Made by a program: the position numbers and the translations under genes. Positions 39,924 through 53,110 of a stretch of 64,000 nucleotides of DNA are shown in pieces (position 1 is the stretch's first letter; every line of letters starts with the position of its first letter). The DNA is taken from positions 18,988,895 to 19,052,894 of the forward strand of contig NC_057750.1 in the NCBI RefSeq assembly GCF_004010195.1. Direction: 5' to 3'. The notes under the pieces were generated by a model. It made no database searches. It saw only the letters and a program-made list of their open reading frames with translations, and was not told where the DNA came from. This stretch comes from Chiloscyllium plagiosum. Taxonomy: Eukaryota.

Positions 39924-39940
39924 CACATTTCCATTGGCAT
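39924..39940 (-). CDS. c1s: C1s-like exon 1 coding part (ATG CCA ATG GAA ATG TG | GTGAGT); start at 39940, 39934 or 39928
   Basis: Strong donor GTGAGT at 39923. The phase-2 'ATG TG' joins the G of exon 2 to give MW, as in mammalian C1S. Confidence 0.75.
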
Positions 39941-39989
39941 TTTAATACACACAGTAGTGCAGGTATTTCAGCAAGCGTCTCTTCCTCAC

Positions 39990-40140
39990 AGTGAGACAAC
40001 ATGAATTGATTTGCTTGTGTGGGTTCAAAATGGACTCTTGTTCTCTGGGATCTAAGGTTATTTGGCAGTCTCCTCACGTACTGTGTAGAGACACACATTG
40101 GTATCCCACAGCTATTGAGCCAAGCTTCACTCATCTGGCC
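39990..40140 (-). promoter_or_regulatory. Putative proximal promoter/5' UTR with HNF4/DR1-like (40022-40037) and FoxA-like (about 40007-40016) motifs
   Basis: Unique sequence immediately upstream of the ATG exon; motif resemblance only. Confidence 0.2.
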
Positions 40141-43100
40141 CAGCTCTGAAAGTCTGAGACAATATGAACAATTCTGATTGGAGCTTCATCCATATTCCAA
40201 TGTTGTGTTGGGATAATTAAAATTTCAAGTTCTATAAGTGGGCCGCTGGTGTCTTCCTGAATTTATTTCGGAGTGGTGCTCTGAAATCTCCTGCTTCCAA
40301 ATAAACCTGTTGGACTACAATCTGGTGTGTGATTTTAAAATTTATTTTAGGGCTGATTTAAGGCAGGAGTGTGATTAAAAATTAACTGAGTTATCCCCAA
40401 TGCCGTCAGGACTGTAAACAGAATTCATTTTTGAGTAAACATTCCAAACCCCATCGTGACCGATTCCAGGAATAAAATGCAGTCAAAGTATTGATCAGAA
40501 ATGAATAATTGAACAAACAAAAACACACACTGTTGAGAGGTCTTCTGATAGATGGACAGACATGTACACAGACTGAGATACACCATATAAACTCAGGTAA
40601 AAGTTGATATAAACGTTAATTACATTAATTCCAGGCTGAGCAAAAACACAGATTTTCATACACCTCATGAAGATGTAAACTCTGACTTCACAGGGATGAA
40701 ATGTGTTGAGACATGTGTAATTGTACAAATGTGTAATTACTTATCAGTAATCACCATAGTTCATTAATTTAAAGATGCACAAATTCTCAAGAGTAAAAAT
40801 TGATATTTAGGTAGAAACTTCAGATTTCCCTCTGCAAATTTTTGCAGCAATTTCTCAGTCAACTGAGAAGACCAATGTGTACCACATGATCTAACACGGG
40901 GCCTTTGTTAAAGAACAGCAAATATGCAGCTCAATGTAAAATGGGACGTGATTACAGGCTGGAGAAAGATATCCAGTCAACCTAACAAAAAAGCTACCAA
41001 GGAGCAAATGCATCCATAGAGGAAGAGCAAGCAAGTGGCTTCACCTAGGATGAAAGTAACAGGATGAGTGAATGGGTGTTGGTTATATTGTCTGTCAACC
41101 ACAGAACTCTGTAACCTCACTCTCAGAGATATGAAGGAAGATGACATTCCAGAATGCAAGGCCTGTACCAGTGGTGCACAAGATTTACGTAAGGTATTCT
41201 GTCAGAAAACAAAAAAATTCACAAAGTCTGCAACATCAACTCAATGATGCAATCATCAAATTCTATTGATTTCTCATCCAACATCAAAAGATGAATGTAT
41301 AGTAATTGGCCAGCATTGAAAATATGGATGAGCATCAATATGCCAGAAATCAAGGTACATACAAAGATTTGCTAAAAATTCCTTTAATGAAGATTGGGGA
41401 GATACATGGCTCCCAATGGTTCTCTTCTGGCAGATTGAAGTGCAAAGCCTCTGAGAGAGAGAGAAAAACGGGTGAGAGCAGGAGTGTTGATAATGGAATG
41501 GATGAGACTGGTGTCTCTATCAATCAAGGAATCCTCCTTGGGGAAGAGAAGTCACATTGGAAGCATTGGTGTGGAAGGTTCCAGAATCGGGGCAGGCCAT
41601 TTAGGACGAGGACAAAGAGACATTTCACCCAAAGAGGGGTGAGCCTATGGAATTCTCTGCCGCAGAAAGCAACTTAGGCCAAAACTTTGCATGTTTTCAA
41701 GAAGGTACAATTAGGTATAATTGTTAGGGCCAAAGGAATCAAATGTACTGTGTTGGATGATCAGCCATGGTCATATTGAATGATAGAGCAAGCTCGAAGG
41801 GCTAGATGTCCTACTCTGGCTCCTATTTCCTATGTTTCTCGAACAGATGTGATGAAAATGGGGAAACTGGGAGAATGAATTGGAGTCCTTATAGGAAGCT
41901 GATTGTGAACTATGTTGTCTGTGTCATTGCTCTCCATCAAGCTTCTCCCTATCTCTCTCTCCACTTTTGACTATGACATGGCTCACATCCTGTGCATGTA
42001 TCAATCATTCTTACATTTCTCCATCTCAGTGCCTGCCTATTTATCGCGGGTCTGGTAGTTTCAGTAGAGAGAGCAGCAGGGTTAATGTTTGAGGTGGTAA
42101 CCAGTTACTGGAAAATCATTGACCTGAAATATTGGGTTGGACTTCATGAACCACCCACAGGCAAGAAAGCAGGCAGGAGACTCTTGGAAGAATATGATGT
42201 TTCACTTTACTTAATGGCCTCAACCATTTAACAGGCCATAGGAGAGATCTGAAAGCAACAGTTGGACCATGTGTTCTGCTGATCAGTGACTCATTTCCTA
42301 GTTTCCAATGCCAATTGGAGACTCCTCTGCCAACTTTCCCTCGATATATCCAGTCTCTCCCCTTGCAATGTCTAACAATCCAAAACAGTAAACCCCCAAA
42401 TCCCACCCGCATCCCACCCTGAAGGGCTTGAGAGTAACCTAGGAGATGTTAGAGGAAATAAAACCAGCTCCATTACCCGGGTAACTATGAAACTGAGTGC
42501 CTCCACCCCCCACCCCCCCCCGCCTCCCCAATGGCTCACCACAAACACCCAATTCCTTTCACAGCTGCCCCTCCTCCCAAACTCCTGATCTGGTCCCACC
42601 CCCAGCCCTCAACAACAAACTTTGGGCTGATCTCACACAGGGGAAAGTGAGGACTGCAGATGCTGGAGATCAGAGCTGAATCTCTGATCTCCAGCATCTG
42701 CAATCCTCACTTTCAGCTCTGATCTCCCGCATCTGCAGTCCTCACTTTCCCCTCGAATTTCAGCTCTGATCTCACACACCCAACCATCTCACCCCTACCC
42801 CTGTCCCCAACCATCCATTCATTCTTCCACTAACCACACAGCATTTGCCCAATCACCTGGACATCTACCATCCAATAGAAGACACTCAATTGACCTCTCC
42901 CATTGATAGCTGACCACCTTCAAAACTTAACCCACCCTATCCCTCAGCTCACCTGGCACTCTGCACCCCTCTCCTACATCCCACCCTGTAACTGCTCACA
43001 TTCCCACTCCACCTTACACAACTCTCAGTAGCTGGAACTTTTGAAATTCAAATGACTGGAATATAAGAAAGGGATATTCTGAATTCTGTGATTGCTCTGT

Positions 43101-43679
43101 CCAAGGTTGCTTCCATAGATTACTGGACTGGGCCTCTTGCAATGGATCCTATAAAGAACATTGGCTAATAAATGACCAGTCCTGACTGCCATGAATAATT
43201 GCCACCTTGGCTTTCACATTGTGGCAACATTGACGAGGTGAGGGCAAACCTTTCCCTTTGCTTTGTCCTCCTGAATTCAAATTCAGCATTTCTTTAATCC
43301 ATTTTTTGCATACACCTTCAAATATTTAGCCTTTCTAATGAATATGGATAACATTCCTGTACTGTTAGCCCTGTTTTTCTTTCTTCACCAGGGCTGCCTG
43401 ACCTGTTATAGGCAAATGGATTGAAAACAAATATAATAATGAAATAAGTATTTCTGCTGGGTTAGATATTGTAGTTAGAGTGGGCCATTTACATAAACAT
43501 GATTGGAAGGAGATATTGAGAAGTGTGATGGGGACTAGTGATATCGCCGCACAGCTTCACATCAGGACTATTCCATTTTCCCAGTTTCTCCATTTCCAAC
43601 ATGCTTGCTCAGATGAGGAAACCATCTGCAGCAGTGTTTCCAAATATTTTCTTTTTTTCCCCAACTTCCATTCCAATAG

Positions 43680-43995
43680 GTGGCACAGTGGCACACAGTG
43701 CCAGGATCCTGGGTTCAATTCCAGCCTCGGGCGATTGTCTTCGTGGAGTTTGCACATTCTCTCCGTGTCTGCATGGGTTTCTTCTGGGTGCTCCAGTTTC
43801 ATCCTACAATCCAAAGATGCGCAGGTTAGGTGAATTGGCCGTGCTAAATTGCCGATAGTGTTCAGGGATGTGTAGGTTAGGTGCATTAGTCAGGGGTAAA
43901 ATGTAGGGGAATGGGTCTGAGTGGGTTACTCTTTGCAGGGTTGGTGTGGACTTGTTGGGCCGAAGGGTCTGTTTCCATATTGCAGGGATTATGTG
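43680..43995 (+). mobile_element. V-SINE (HE1-like)
   Basis: tggcacagtgg...gggttcaattcc...gggccgaagggtctgtttcc. Confidence 0.85.
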
Positions 43996-44289
43996 ATAAA
44001 CTGCACCTCAGCTGGCAGAGCCCTCAATTGTGTCTATTCAAATGCCAGCATTGTTACTTTACAGGTCTCCTGGAACCACAATAATGTTCCCATTCTGCTC
44101 ACCGTCAAGGTAGGTGCTGCTACTGGGCAAATGAGATGGTTGCCTCAGGTGGAAGACTTTGGTGGGGTGAGCGTTGGATGGGAAGAGACCTGTTTTCTAA
44201 ATAATTCAGCGTCAGCCCCATATTTGGTCATTAGCAGCGTCATCTCACTGCGCCATCCCGAGGATCAGATTAAATGACATGAAGCCAGA

Positions 44290-45640
44290 TTAAATGACAT
44301 GAAGCTCACAGGCAGAGCAGTCTGTCATGCATTTCCATCCTCTACCATGGATGTCTTAGGCAATATTAAATGGGAGAGGCTGGACCATACATTTTCTCCG
44401 GATGAGCTGACTAAGGCACTCGAGTCCTTTGAAAAGAATAACCCTTCCAGAAGGGATGGCTTACTGGCCGACTTGTATTTTGCTCTGTGGAATTTGTTTT
44501 GGCCAGGGCCTGCTGGAGGTGTATGACAGTATGCTTCTGGCAGGTGCAAATCCATAAGGAAATGTTTCTCGTCTACAAGTGAAAAGGGGGAGAGCGGGGA
44601 AATCAGAAATTGGTGACCGATTTCACTGCTGACTGCAGATTATAAAATCCTGATTCAGGTCATCACCAACCAGGTCAGGTCTGCTGTAGGGTCAGAGCTT
44701 CACCCTGACCAAACTGGCACAGTACTGGACAGGATGATCTCTGAGACCCTCGGGGATATGATCTCCTATGTGCAGGGATGAGGTAGTGGTGGTGGTTGCT
44801 GGTGGTCCTGTCTGCCTCATCAGTCTGGACCAGGAGAGGGCCTTTGACAAGATATTACACACCTCCATGAGAGACGTGCACTCCAAAATAGACTTTGGAG
44901 AGGGAATCCGTATTTGGATCTGACTGCTCCACACCAGCATCGTTAGCACAGTCCCAATCAATGGGTGGGAATCCGAAAGTTTTCTGACCAGATCTGGAGT
45001 CAGGCAGGGATGCCCTCTCTCCCTTGCCTTGTTTGTGTGTTGTTCAGAGCCCTTTGCTGAGTCCAACAGGAAGCATGTGAGCCTAGGAGGGGTGACTATT
45101 CCATGCAGCAGGGGCCTGCAGGTCAAAGCCTCCCTGTACATGGATGATGTCACCATTTTCTGATCAGATCCACTGTCAGTGCACAGACTCCTGAGCCTCT
45201 GCTGACCAGTTCGAACCAGCCTCAGGAGCTAAGGTACATCGAGGTAAGAGTGAGGCCATGTTCTTTGGGACCTGGTCTGATCCTTCCTTTCTCCCCTTCA
45301 AGGTTAGGATAGGTTACTTGAAGGTGCTGGTAATATGTTTCGGAGGGGCTAGGGTGTGCATAAAAACTTGGAGGGGGCACATCACTAAGCTGAGGTTCTT
45401 GGGAGCTGTACTCCCACTCCATTGCCTGGTCATCAGGTTTGAGGCACTCTCTCTGTTGATGTACGTGGCGCAGGTCTGGCCCATTCCCCGAACCTGTGCC
45501 ATTGCAGTCACCAGGGCCACCTTCCACTTAGTTTGAGATATAAGGTGGACCGTGTCCGCAGGGACACCAAGTACAAAGCTCTGGTTAAGGCGGGGGGAGG
45601 GAGAAAATAATGTACCCAGCACTGCCCCCATCCTGATGGC
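44290..45640 (+). mobile_element. Tx1/L1-clade LINE RT fragment
   Basis: DELTKALESFEKN..P..DGL; PISLL.ADYKIL; SGVRQGCPLS; YMDDVTIF. Confidence 0.8.
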
Positions 45641-45810
45641 CGAGGAGAAAGTGAGAACTGCAGATGCTGGAGATTAGAGACAAAATCATGAGGAGCATGG
45701 AAAGGGTAAATAGACAAGGATTTTTCCTTAGGGTGGTGGAGTCCGTGGTGGGCAGCACGGTGGCACAGTGGTTAGCACTGCTGCCTCGCAGCGCCAGAGA
45801 CCCGGGTTCA

Positions 45811-45955
45811 TCTAATCTAATCTAATCTAATCTAATCTAATCTAATCTAATCTAATCTAATCTAATCTAATCTAATCTAATCTAATCTAATCTAACACAC
45901 TGTAATCTAATCTAATCTAATCTAATCTAATCTAATCTAATCTAATCTAATCTAA
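45811..45955 (+). repeat. (TAATC)n microsatellite expanded from a SINE tail (SINE head 45751-45810)
   Basis: Direct reading; acactgtaatc SINE end embedded at about 45897. Confidence 0.95.
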
Positions 45956-46640
45956 TGTGGTGCTGAGAAAGCACAGCGAGTTAGGAAACATCTGAGGAGC
46001 AGGAGAGTCAACATTCCGAGCAGTATCTCTTCATCAGGTATGAGGGGGAGTGAGGCTAGGGGAAAAATACCTGGGAATGCGATAGGTAGATGAAGGTCGG
46101 GATGATAGTGATAGGTCGGAGCAGATAGGTGGGAAGGGAGATGGACACGTAGGACAGTTCAAGAGGGCAGTGCCAAGTTGGAAGGTTCGATCAGGAGTAA
46201 GGTGGGGGTTGGAGAAATGAGGAAACTGGTGAAATCAACATTGATCCCATGTGGTTGGAGGCCCCCAGGGCAAAAGATGAGGTGTTCTTCCTCCAGCCGT
46301 TGGGTGGTGAGAGTTTGGTGGTGGTGGAGGAGGCCAAGGACTTGCATGTCCTTGGCGGAGTGAGAGGGGGTGTTGAAGTGTTCGGCCACATTAGGGTTGA
46401 TTGGTGCATGTGTACCAGAAATGTTCTCTGAAACGTTCCGCAAGTTGTCATCCTGTCTGCCCAATGTAGAAGAGACCACATCGAGAGCAACGGACACAGT
46501 AGATGATATGTGTGGAAGTACAGGTAAGTCTCTGTTGGATGTGGAAGGATCCTTTGGGGCCTTGGACAGAGGTGAGGGGGGAGGTGTGCGTGCAGGTTTT
46601 GCAAATCTTGCGGTGGGCAAGGGAAGGTGACAGGAGTGGA
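45956..46640 (-). mobile_element. Penelope-like element 3' part (GIY-YIG)
   Basis: HIIYCVRCSRCGLFYIGQTG; VAEHFNTPSHS. Confidence 0.88.
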
Positions 46641-49099
46641 AGGTGAGTTCTCCCTGTGTCTGTGAGGGTTTCCTCACACAGTCGAAAGATGTACAAGTTA
46701 GGTGAATTAGCCATGCTAAACTGCCCCATAGCATCCCGGGATGTGCAGGCGAAGTGGGTTAGCCAGGGAAATGCGAGGATACAGGAGTAGGATGGTGGGT
46801 TTTGGTGAACTTGATGGGCTGAATAGCCTGCTTCCACACTGTAGGGATTCTATGATGATTCACTGGGCCACATGTCCATCAGGAAGAGGTCAGCACGTAG
46901 CATCCTCGAGACCCTGTGGGAACAGGAGAGGGTGGATTGTGTCGGGTTGTTCCCTGAGCAGATCGTCAAAGTCTTTCGGTAGAATGCCTCATCACCAGAA
47001 CTTTGTGCGACATCGCTTGGCTGTCTCTGAGAAAGGCAGCACCTGTGAGATCCTTCAAATATGCCCGGACTCTGTGCACCACCACATGTTGCCTTTGAAA
47101 TACTGTAGGGCGTTAGAGCATGTCACACATCTCAATTTGATTTGTTTATTTCTTGTCATGTATATTTTGTTACAATATACAGGGAAAAGGATCTCCTTCT
47201 GGAATGTATCTGGAGAGCAATGCAGTGGTTTTTCTCAAGGTTCATTCCGAGCAGCTCCAAGATGCACAGCGCTCTGAAAGCTAATGCTTCTAAATAAACC
47301 TGTTGGACTATATCCCGGTGTTGTGTGATTTTTAACTTTGTACACCCCAGTCCAACACTGGCATCTCCAAATCAGGGACACCATATGTATGAGTAAAGAA
47401 AATACTTTTGATCTGGTCAGGGAGTTGTTTTTAAGGATTAGTGAAAATCTACTGCAAACACCTGATGAAGGAGCGATGTTTCAAAAGCTAGTGTTTCCAA
47501 ATAAACCTGTTGGATTATAAGCTGGTGTTGTGTGATTTCTAACTTTGTCCACCCCAACACAACACCGGCACCCCCAAGTCATACAAATCTTCTTTCATTA
47601 CTTCCATAAATAACTGTGACTGGAGGCTAACTAGCTGAGTTTTAATTCACAGCCCTGCTCATTCCTTGGGTGTGTTCATACAGCAGAGAATTTGAGTTCT
47701 CAATATAGAAACAACTATCTATTAATTCACATTGTGTGCAAAGTCGGAAGTTGGCATTTCTCCAGTACAAAGATTACCTGTGCTGAAGGCTCATCTAGGC
47801 TAGAAAATACCCTCGTACTGGCCGTGCTCATCATCCACCCCACCAGCCTCTACATTCAATGGATCATGCCTCACCATATATCGGCCACCGCTAGCTGTGT
47901 CACCTTCAAAACATCTCTCCTCATCTCCTCCTTGTGTCTTCTTTATTACACAAACGTGCTAACTGCATGAAGAGGATCAGTCACTCAATTAGTTGTGTTC
48001 TTTTATTTGAAGAAATGAAACTATGTGCAACCTGTGGGAGGTTGGTCTGATCTGATCTCTAGGGCTCCACTAACCGTTTGTCCCATTTGAGAATATCCAT
48101 CACAATCTGATACACAGTAGTTTTAGATTCATCATTTTGTACTGCTGTGCTTGCATGAGAGACTTGCCAGATGTTTTAGAGACTGAGGCCTGAATTTTCA
48201 CATAGGTAAGCTCTCCAGTCACATGATCATGCCTGAATTCAGAGTCCCACCATTAAAGCCAGCCTTTGCTGCTTTTGTGGGAAGTTGGGAGTGTAGAGGG
48301 TGGAATAGGGATGTGTTCTAAACTGTGCAATCATTTTTCCTGATGGAAACCACTCATATAAATCATCAGCAGCCTCTAGTCATGTGATTTGGGAGGAATA
48401 GTCTGAATCTTAAAGTGTGCAACTTAAACATGGTAGGGACAGATCTAAAGTTGAGAATTCATTTGGAGAGACAGTGTAACTTTTGAAGTCAAATGGATAT
48501 GGTCCCAGGACACGTTTGGAAGTGATACATTCCCTTTGGAAGAGGTCAGGTGTCTCTTGGGATTGTTAATGCTGCTAACGAACGTGTTTAAAATTGCACG
48601 TCAAAGAATGGTCAAAGCTGTTGAGATGTCAATGAACCATTCAAACTGTCAAACCTCATTGGAAATGTTAACACTGTCTCGGGATTTATCCCTGTTGCAA
48701 TATTGAAAAAACAATTTTTGCCATTTCACTCAATTGACAGAAGCCCGAGAATTTACATTACTGGATTAGTGCGGCACAAGAGTTATTCTCAATATAGTGA
48801 AATTGCAAAGTAGACACTGATCACTTAATTTTATAGAACTTTATTTTATCTCATCTTTCATCATTCCAGAGGTCAGCCCATGATGGATATTAGTCAGTTG
48901 ACATTCATGGTCGGGCAAATGGTTGAGCCAGTAAATTGGGATAGAGACTACAAAGGAACATGGAAAATAGGCAGATGTGAATAGATTGGAAATTCAGGGG
49001 GTGAAAGCAGTCTTCCATGATATAAAGTGAGGTTGGAGAGTGGTCTAAAGTAGCATGACAGAGAAAGTCTTGATTCTGGAAATACAGTTCATCTTTGGT

Positions 49100-52000
49100 C
49101 ATGATATAGCAGAGTGATGCTTACTGTAGTTGAAAAGCCAGTGGAAAATCAGACAACTGAGCTGTTACAGAAAGTATGTCCTGGTGTTTTTCCTGACTGT
49201 ATAGTTACAAAGCCATAGTTTGCAACAGGAGGAGGAATCAAAGAGGAAAGGTAAGGAAGTTAAAGTTCAATTATCAGAAAGTATCTTTGATCAAATGATT
49301 GAGACAAAACAAGAACAGGTGGAGGACAAAGATATGTTTAGTTCAGCAAAGCTAGCTGAATTACAACAGAAAGTGAAAAACTAAAGCAGTTGCATCAAAA
49401 AGCGTACATTGAAGAAGAATCTGAGTGTATCCCAAAATGTTACTGCATTAAAACTGACATCATGATGATGGAATGGAGACCATCACATATTCAGGCAGGT
49501 AAGAAAAGGGCAGAAGATCATCAAGTTGTATTATTGATGGGTTGCAGAAAGGAGGTGTTGTGGGTAGCACATGTATTGCCAGTAGAAGGTCATTTGGGAG
49601 TAAGAAAAAATCAAGGCAAAATACAAAAATATCTTTTTTTGGCCTGGAATGCATAGAGATATGGTTGAAGTTTGCTGAATATATCATACACACTGGTGGC
49701 GACAGCATTGGCGGTCAGTCGGCCCAGCGTGGACTTGTAGGCGGTTGGCGAATATACCCAGTGTGGACTCATTGGGGCTGGTGGGTAGTCCCAGCGAGAA
49801 CTCATGACAGTTGGAGAGTGGGCCCAGCGAGAACTCATGACAGTTGGAGAGTAGGTCCAACGTGGATTTGTGTCAGTAGACATCTCTGCAAGATGGAGGC
49901 AGAGTAGGTTCAACTCTGTCCACACTTCTTCCTTTTCGTTTTCTTCTTTACTCATTCACTTTTTCTTTTTCTAGTTTTACTAATTTTTTTAGTTTTCTTT
50001 CTATTAACTTCTGGAGAATGGCAGTTGGCTAGATGTGCAGTGCGAGGCAGTGACTGACGGCCTGACCCGGGACTCTTGGTGAGTTCCCGATGCCTGGTGC
50101 GCAGACTGAAGGTGAGATCAAGGATTGGCACATGGACCAAAGGCAACGCTGAGGCCCAGCGCATGTGCTGAAGATGAGGTTCCTAGCACAAAGACCAAAA
50201 ATGAGGCTGAGGCCCAGCGCACAGACCAAAGTTGAGGCTGAAGCCCAAGGCACAGACCGAAGGTGAGGCGGAGGCCCAATGTACAGACCAAACGTGAGGC
50301 GGAGGCCCAATGTACAGACCAAACGTGAGGCGGAGGCCCAACGTACAGACCGAACCTGAGGCGGAGGTCCAACATACAGACCAAACGTTAGGCAGAGGCC
50401 CATCATACAGACCAAATGTGAGGCGGAGACCCAATGTACAGACCGAATGTGAGCCTGAAGCCCAGCGTGGACTGAAGGTGAAGCTGAGGCCCAGTGCAGA
50501 CTGAAAGCAAGGCCAAGGCCCAGTACATGGACTAATAGCAAGGCTAAGGCCCAGCGAATGCACCTAAGGTGAGGCCAAAGTCCAGCACATGGACAGAAGG
50601 TGAGGCCAAGGCCCAGAAAATGCACCGAAGATCAGGCCCAGCACCAGCGCATGGACCAAAAGTGAGGCCCAGCCCCAGCACATGGACTGAACATGAGACC
50701 CAGTCCCAGTGAAAAGACCAAAGATGAGGCTGAGGCCCAGAGCCTGGACTGAAGGCCAGACCCAGCCCCAACATGGTCCGAAGACGTGGCCGAATCCCAG
50801 TGTAGACCGAAGGTCAGGCCCAGCCCCAGCATGAACCGAAGGTGATGCCGAGCCCCAGTGCATGGACCGAAGGTCAGACCCAGCCCCAGAACACAGATTG
50901 AAGGCAATGCCGAGGCCGAGGCACGGCATGGACTGCGCCTCGATTGGAGTTGTGGCGTTCCGCTATGTGGCAGCGGCTGAAGGCTTGGATCGGACTGTCT
51001 GAGATTCCAGGAGGAGTCCAACACGACGTTGGCAAGTCCCCCACATATCTGCAGCAACATTGAGAGTGGGGAGATTATGTCAGCATGGGGAAAGTATACC
51101 AAAGCAGAGGAGATCGAGTAGGATGTGAGGTCCCACAATAGCTAAGCACTTAAGAAAGACTTGATACTGAGAAGGACAGTAATGTTTAAGGTTTTGTGCC
51201 TATATACCTAAGATGGGACTGTGTGTGGTGACATTGAAAACTTTTCTCTGTAACCCTGTACTTTTGTACATAAGTACATGTGACAATAAAGACTAAATCA
51301 AATCAAAACTTGTCAGGTAATTGGAAAAGCCAAGGTAGTGATAAAACTAGCACCCATTCCTGCTTTTGAGAAACCTTTTACAAGAGACTTAATTAATTAC
51401 ATAGGGCCCCTACCTAAATAGAAAACTGGGAATCAGTATTGGTTGACCATAATAGATGTGTCTACCATGTTTCCAGAGGTTATTCCATTATGCAGTATCA
51501 CAGCTTAAAGGATTATAGAAGAGTTACTCAATTTTTTTACCAGATATGGACAACCCACAGAAATACAATTGGATTAAGGTTCAAATTTTACATCAAAGTT
51601 ATGCAAGGAATTTATGGATAGTTTAGGAATAAAACAATTCAAATCCACAGTGTACCACTCAGAATCTCTGTGAGCATTGGAACAATGGTGCCAAACTTTA
51701 AATATCATGTTAAAGACTTATTGTCAAGACTATCCAGAGGATTTGGATAAAGGAATTCCATTTGTACTTTTTGCAATTATGGATGTACCAAATGAACCAC
51801 CAAATTCAGCCCATTTGAATTAGTTTTTTAGGCATGAGATGAGAGGATCATTGAAATTACTTCAGGAAAAATTGATGAGTCAGTGTTCAGAGACCACATA
51901 TTTGGACTATGTGTCAAATTTTAGGGAAAGATTAAATACAGTGGATGAGTTGGCTAGACAGAATTTAAAAGTATCACAGCATGTGACATAACAGGAAACA

Positions 52001-53110
52001 GATAGCACATCAAAATTTCACAATTTTTCTTGTGGGGATAACGTTATTTCAAGTGGCATGTGCACCTTTAAAAGCAAGATTTATTGGACCATATCAAATT
52101 GAAAAGAAATTGATAGAGGTGAATTATTTGATAAGAAGACCAAACAAAAACAACTCTCACAGTGATTGTCATGTAAACATCCTCCAAAGGTATTTTGATA
52201 GAGAAGGAAAGCAAAAGGAGAATATGTTACAAGTTACAACACAGCACAAAAAGCCAGGGTCAGATGCTTCTGAATTGGGCATTCCTCAAATTAAATTGAA
52301 CAATGAGGAAGTTCTCAAAAATTGGGATAAACTATTGAATTATCTTCCAGAGGAAAATCAAAATGGCCTAAAATAGTTACTACAATCACTTGGGGAGCTA
52401 TGTTAAGGGTAAGCTGAGAACTTCTACTCTGATTTCACAAGATGTCGGTGTAGGAAATACTGTTCTAGTTATGCAACCTCCTTATAGACATAATCCTCTG
52501 AAATTGGCACAGGTTCAGAAAGAGATCAAAAGCATGCTCAGAGATGAGATCAACAAAGTGGCTTGTAGAAACTGGAGCTCACCCATAGTAATGGTGCCAA
52601 AACCAAATGTTAGCCAATGTGTGGACTGTCACATCGTCAATGCAGTTACAAAATCTGACTCAAATCTTATTCCATGTGTGGAAAACTGCATTGAGAGGAC
52701 AAGCAACTTATATTCCTCAGTTAGACTTACTCAGAGGATTCTGGCAGGTACCTTTATCTGAAAGAGCTAAGGAAATTTCAGGTTTTGTGACACTGAATGG
52801 ACTCTACCAATTTAAAGTCATGCCATTTGGCATGAAAAATGTCCCAGCCAATTTCAAAGACTCATGAATGAATTCATTTTCAGATTATCCAGTTGTGTGG
52901 TGTATATAGATAATCTGGTGATTTTTACTCACATGGAAGAAACATTTGGAGCATCTATCAGAATTATTCAATCGACTTCAGGAGGCGGGCTGGTGATAAA
53001 CCTGGCTAACAGTGAGTTCGCAAAAGCCCAAGTCACACTCCTGGGCTGAGTGATTGGGTGTGGACAGATGTGAAAAAAGGGGTGCAGTATTGAGTGCTTG
53101 CATACTCAAA
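49100..53110 (+). mobile_element. Gmr1-like Gypsy LTR retrotransposon internal region (integrase then RT), degenerate, interrupted at 49692-51309
   Basis: AH..P..GHLG zinc-finger half; GPLP, ARFIGPYQI (integrase); then PPYR, WSSPIVMVPKP, DLLRGFWQVPL, MPFGMKN, YIDN (RT). Confidence 0.85.
49692..51309 (+). mobile_element. Composite VNTR retroposon (30-bp minisatellite at about 50100-50930) with Rex1-like 3' tail
   Basis: caagatggaggc head at about 49889; unit gaggcccaatgtacagaccaaacgtgaggc; tail gtgacaataaagactaaatcaaatcaaa; splits the integrase frame. Confidence 0.7.

Larger units (their letters stand above)
2159..39940 (-). pseudogene. c1s: Complement C1s-like gene (11 coding exons; CUB1-EGF-CUB2-CCP1-CCP2-SP) with a deleted and frameshifted protease exon; pseudogene or protease-dead variant
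   Basis: Hand-spliced exons give MWIIVSLLL...YPQGYP...[33 protein letters not shown]...FKSDFSNEERYTGFVAYY...DECK...GEKKGWK...VCG...R/IFGG. These motifs resemble C1s more than C1r or MASPs. The protease domain is one exon, has an AGT Ser codon and lacks the His-loop Cys pair. Confidence 0.85.

Noticed and set aside
50029..51138. Overlapping ORFs and regularly spaced 30-bp repeats that could suggest a CRISPR array
   Set aside because: Tandem VNTR without unique spacers; eukaryotic context; no cas genes.
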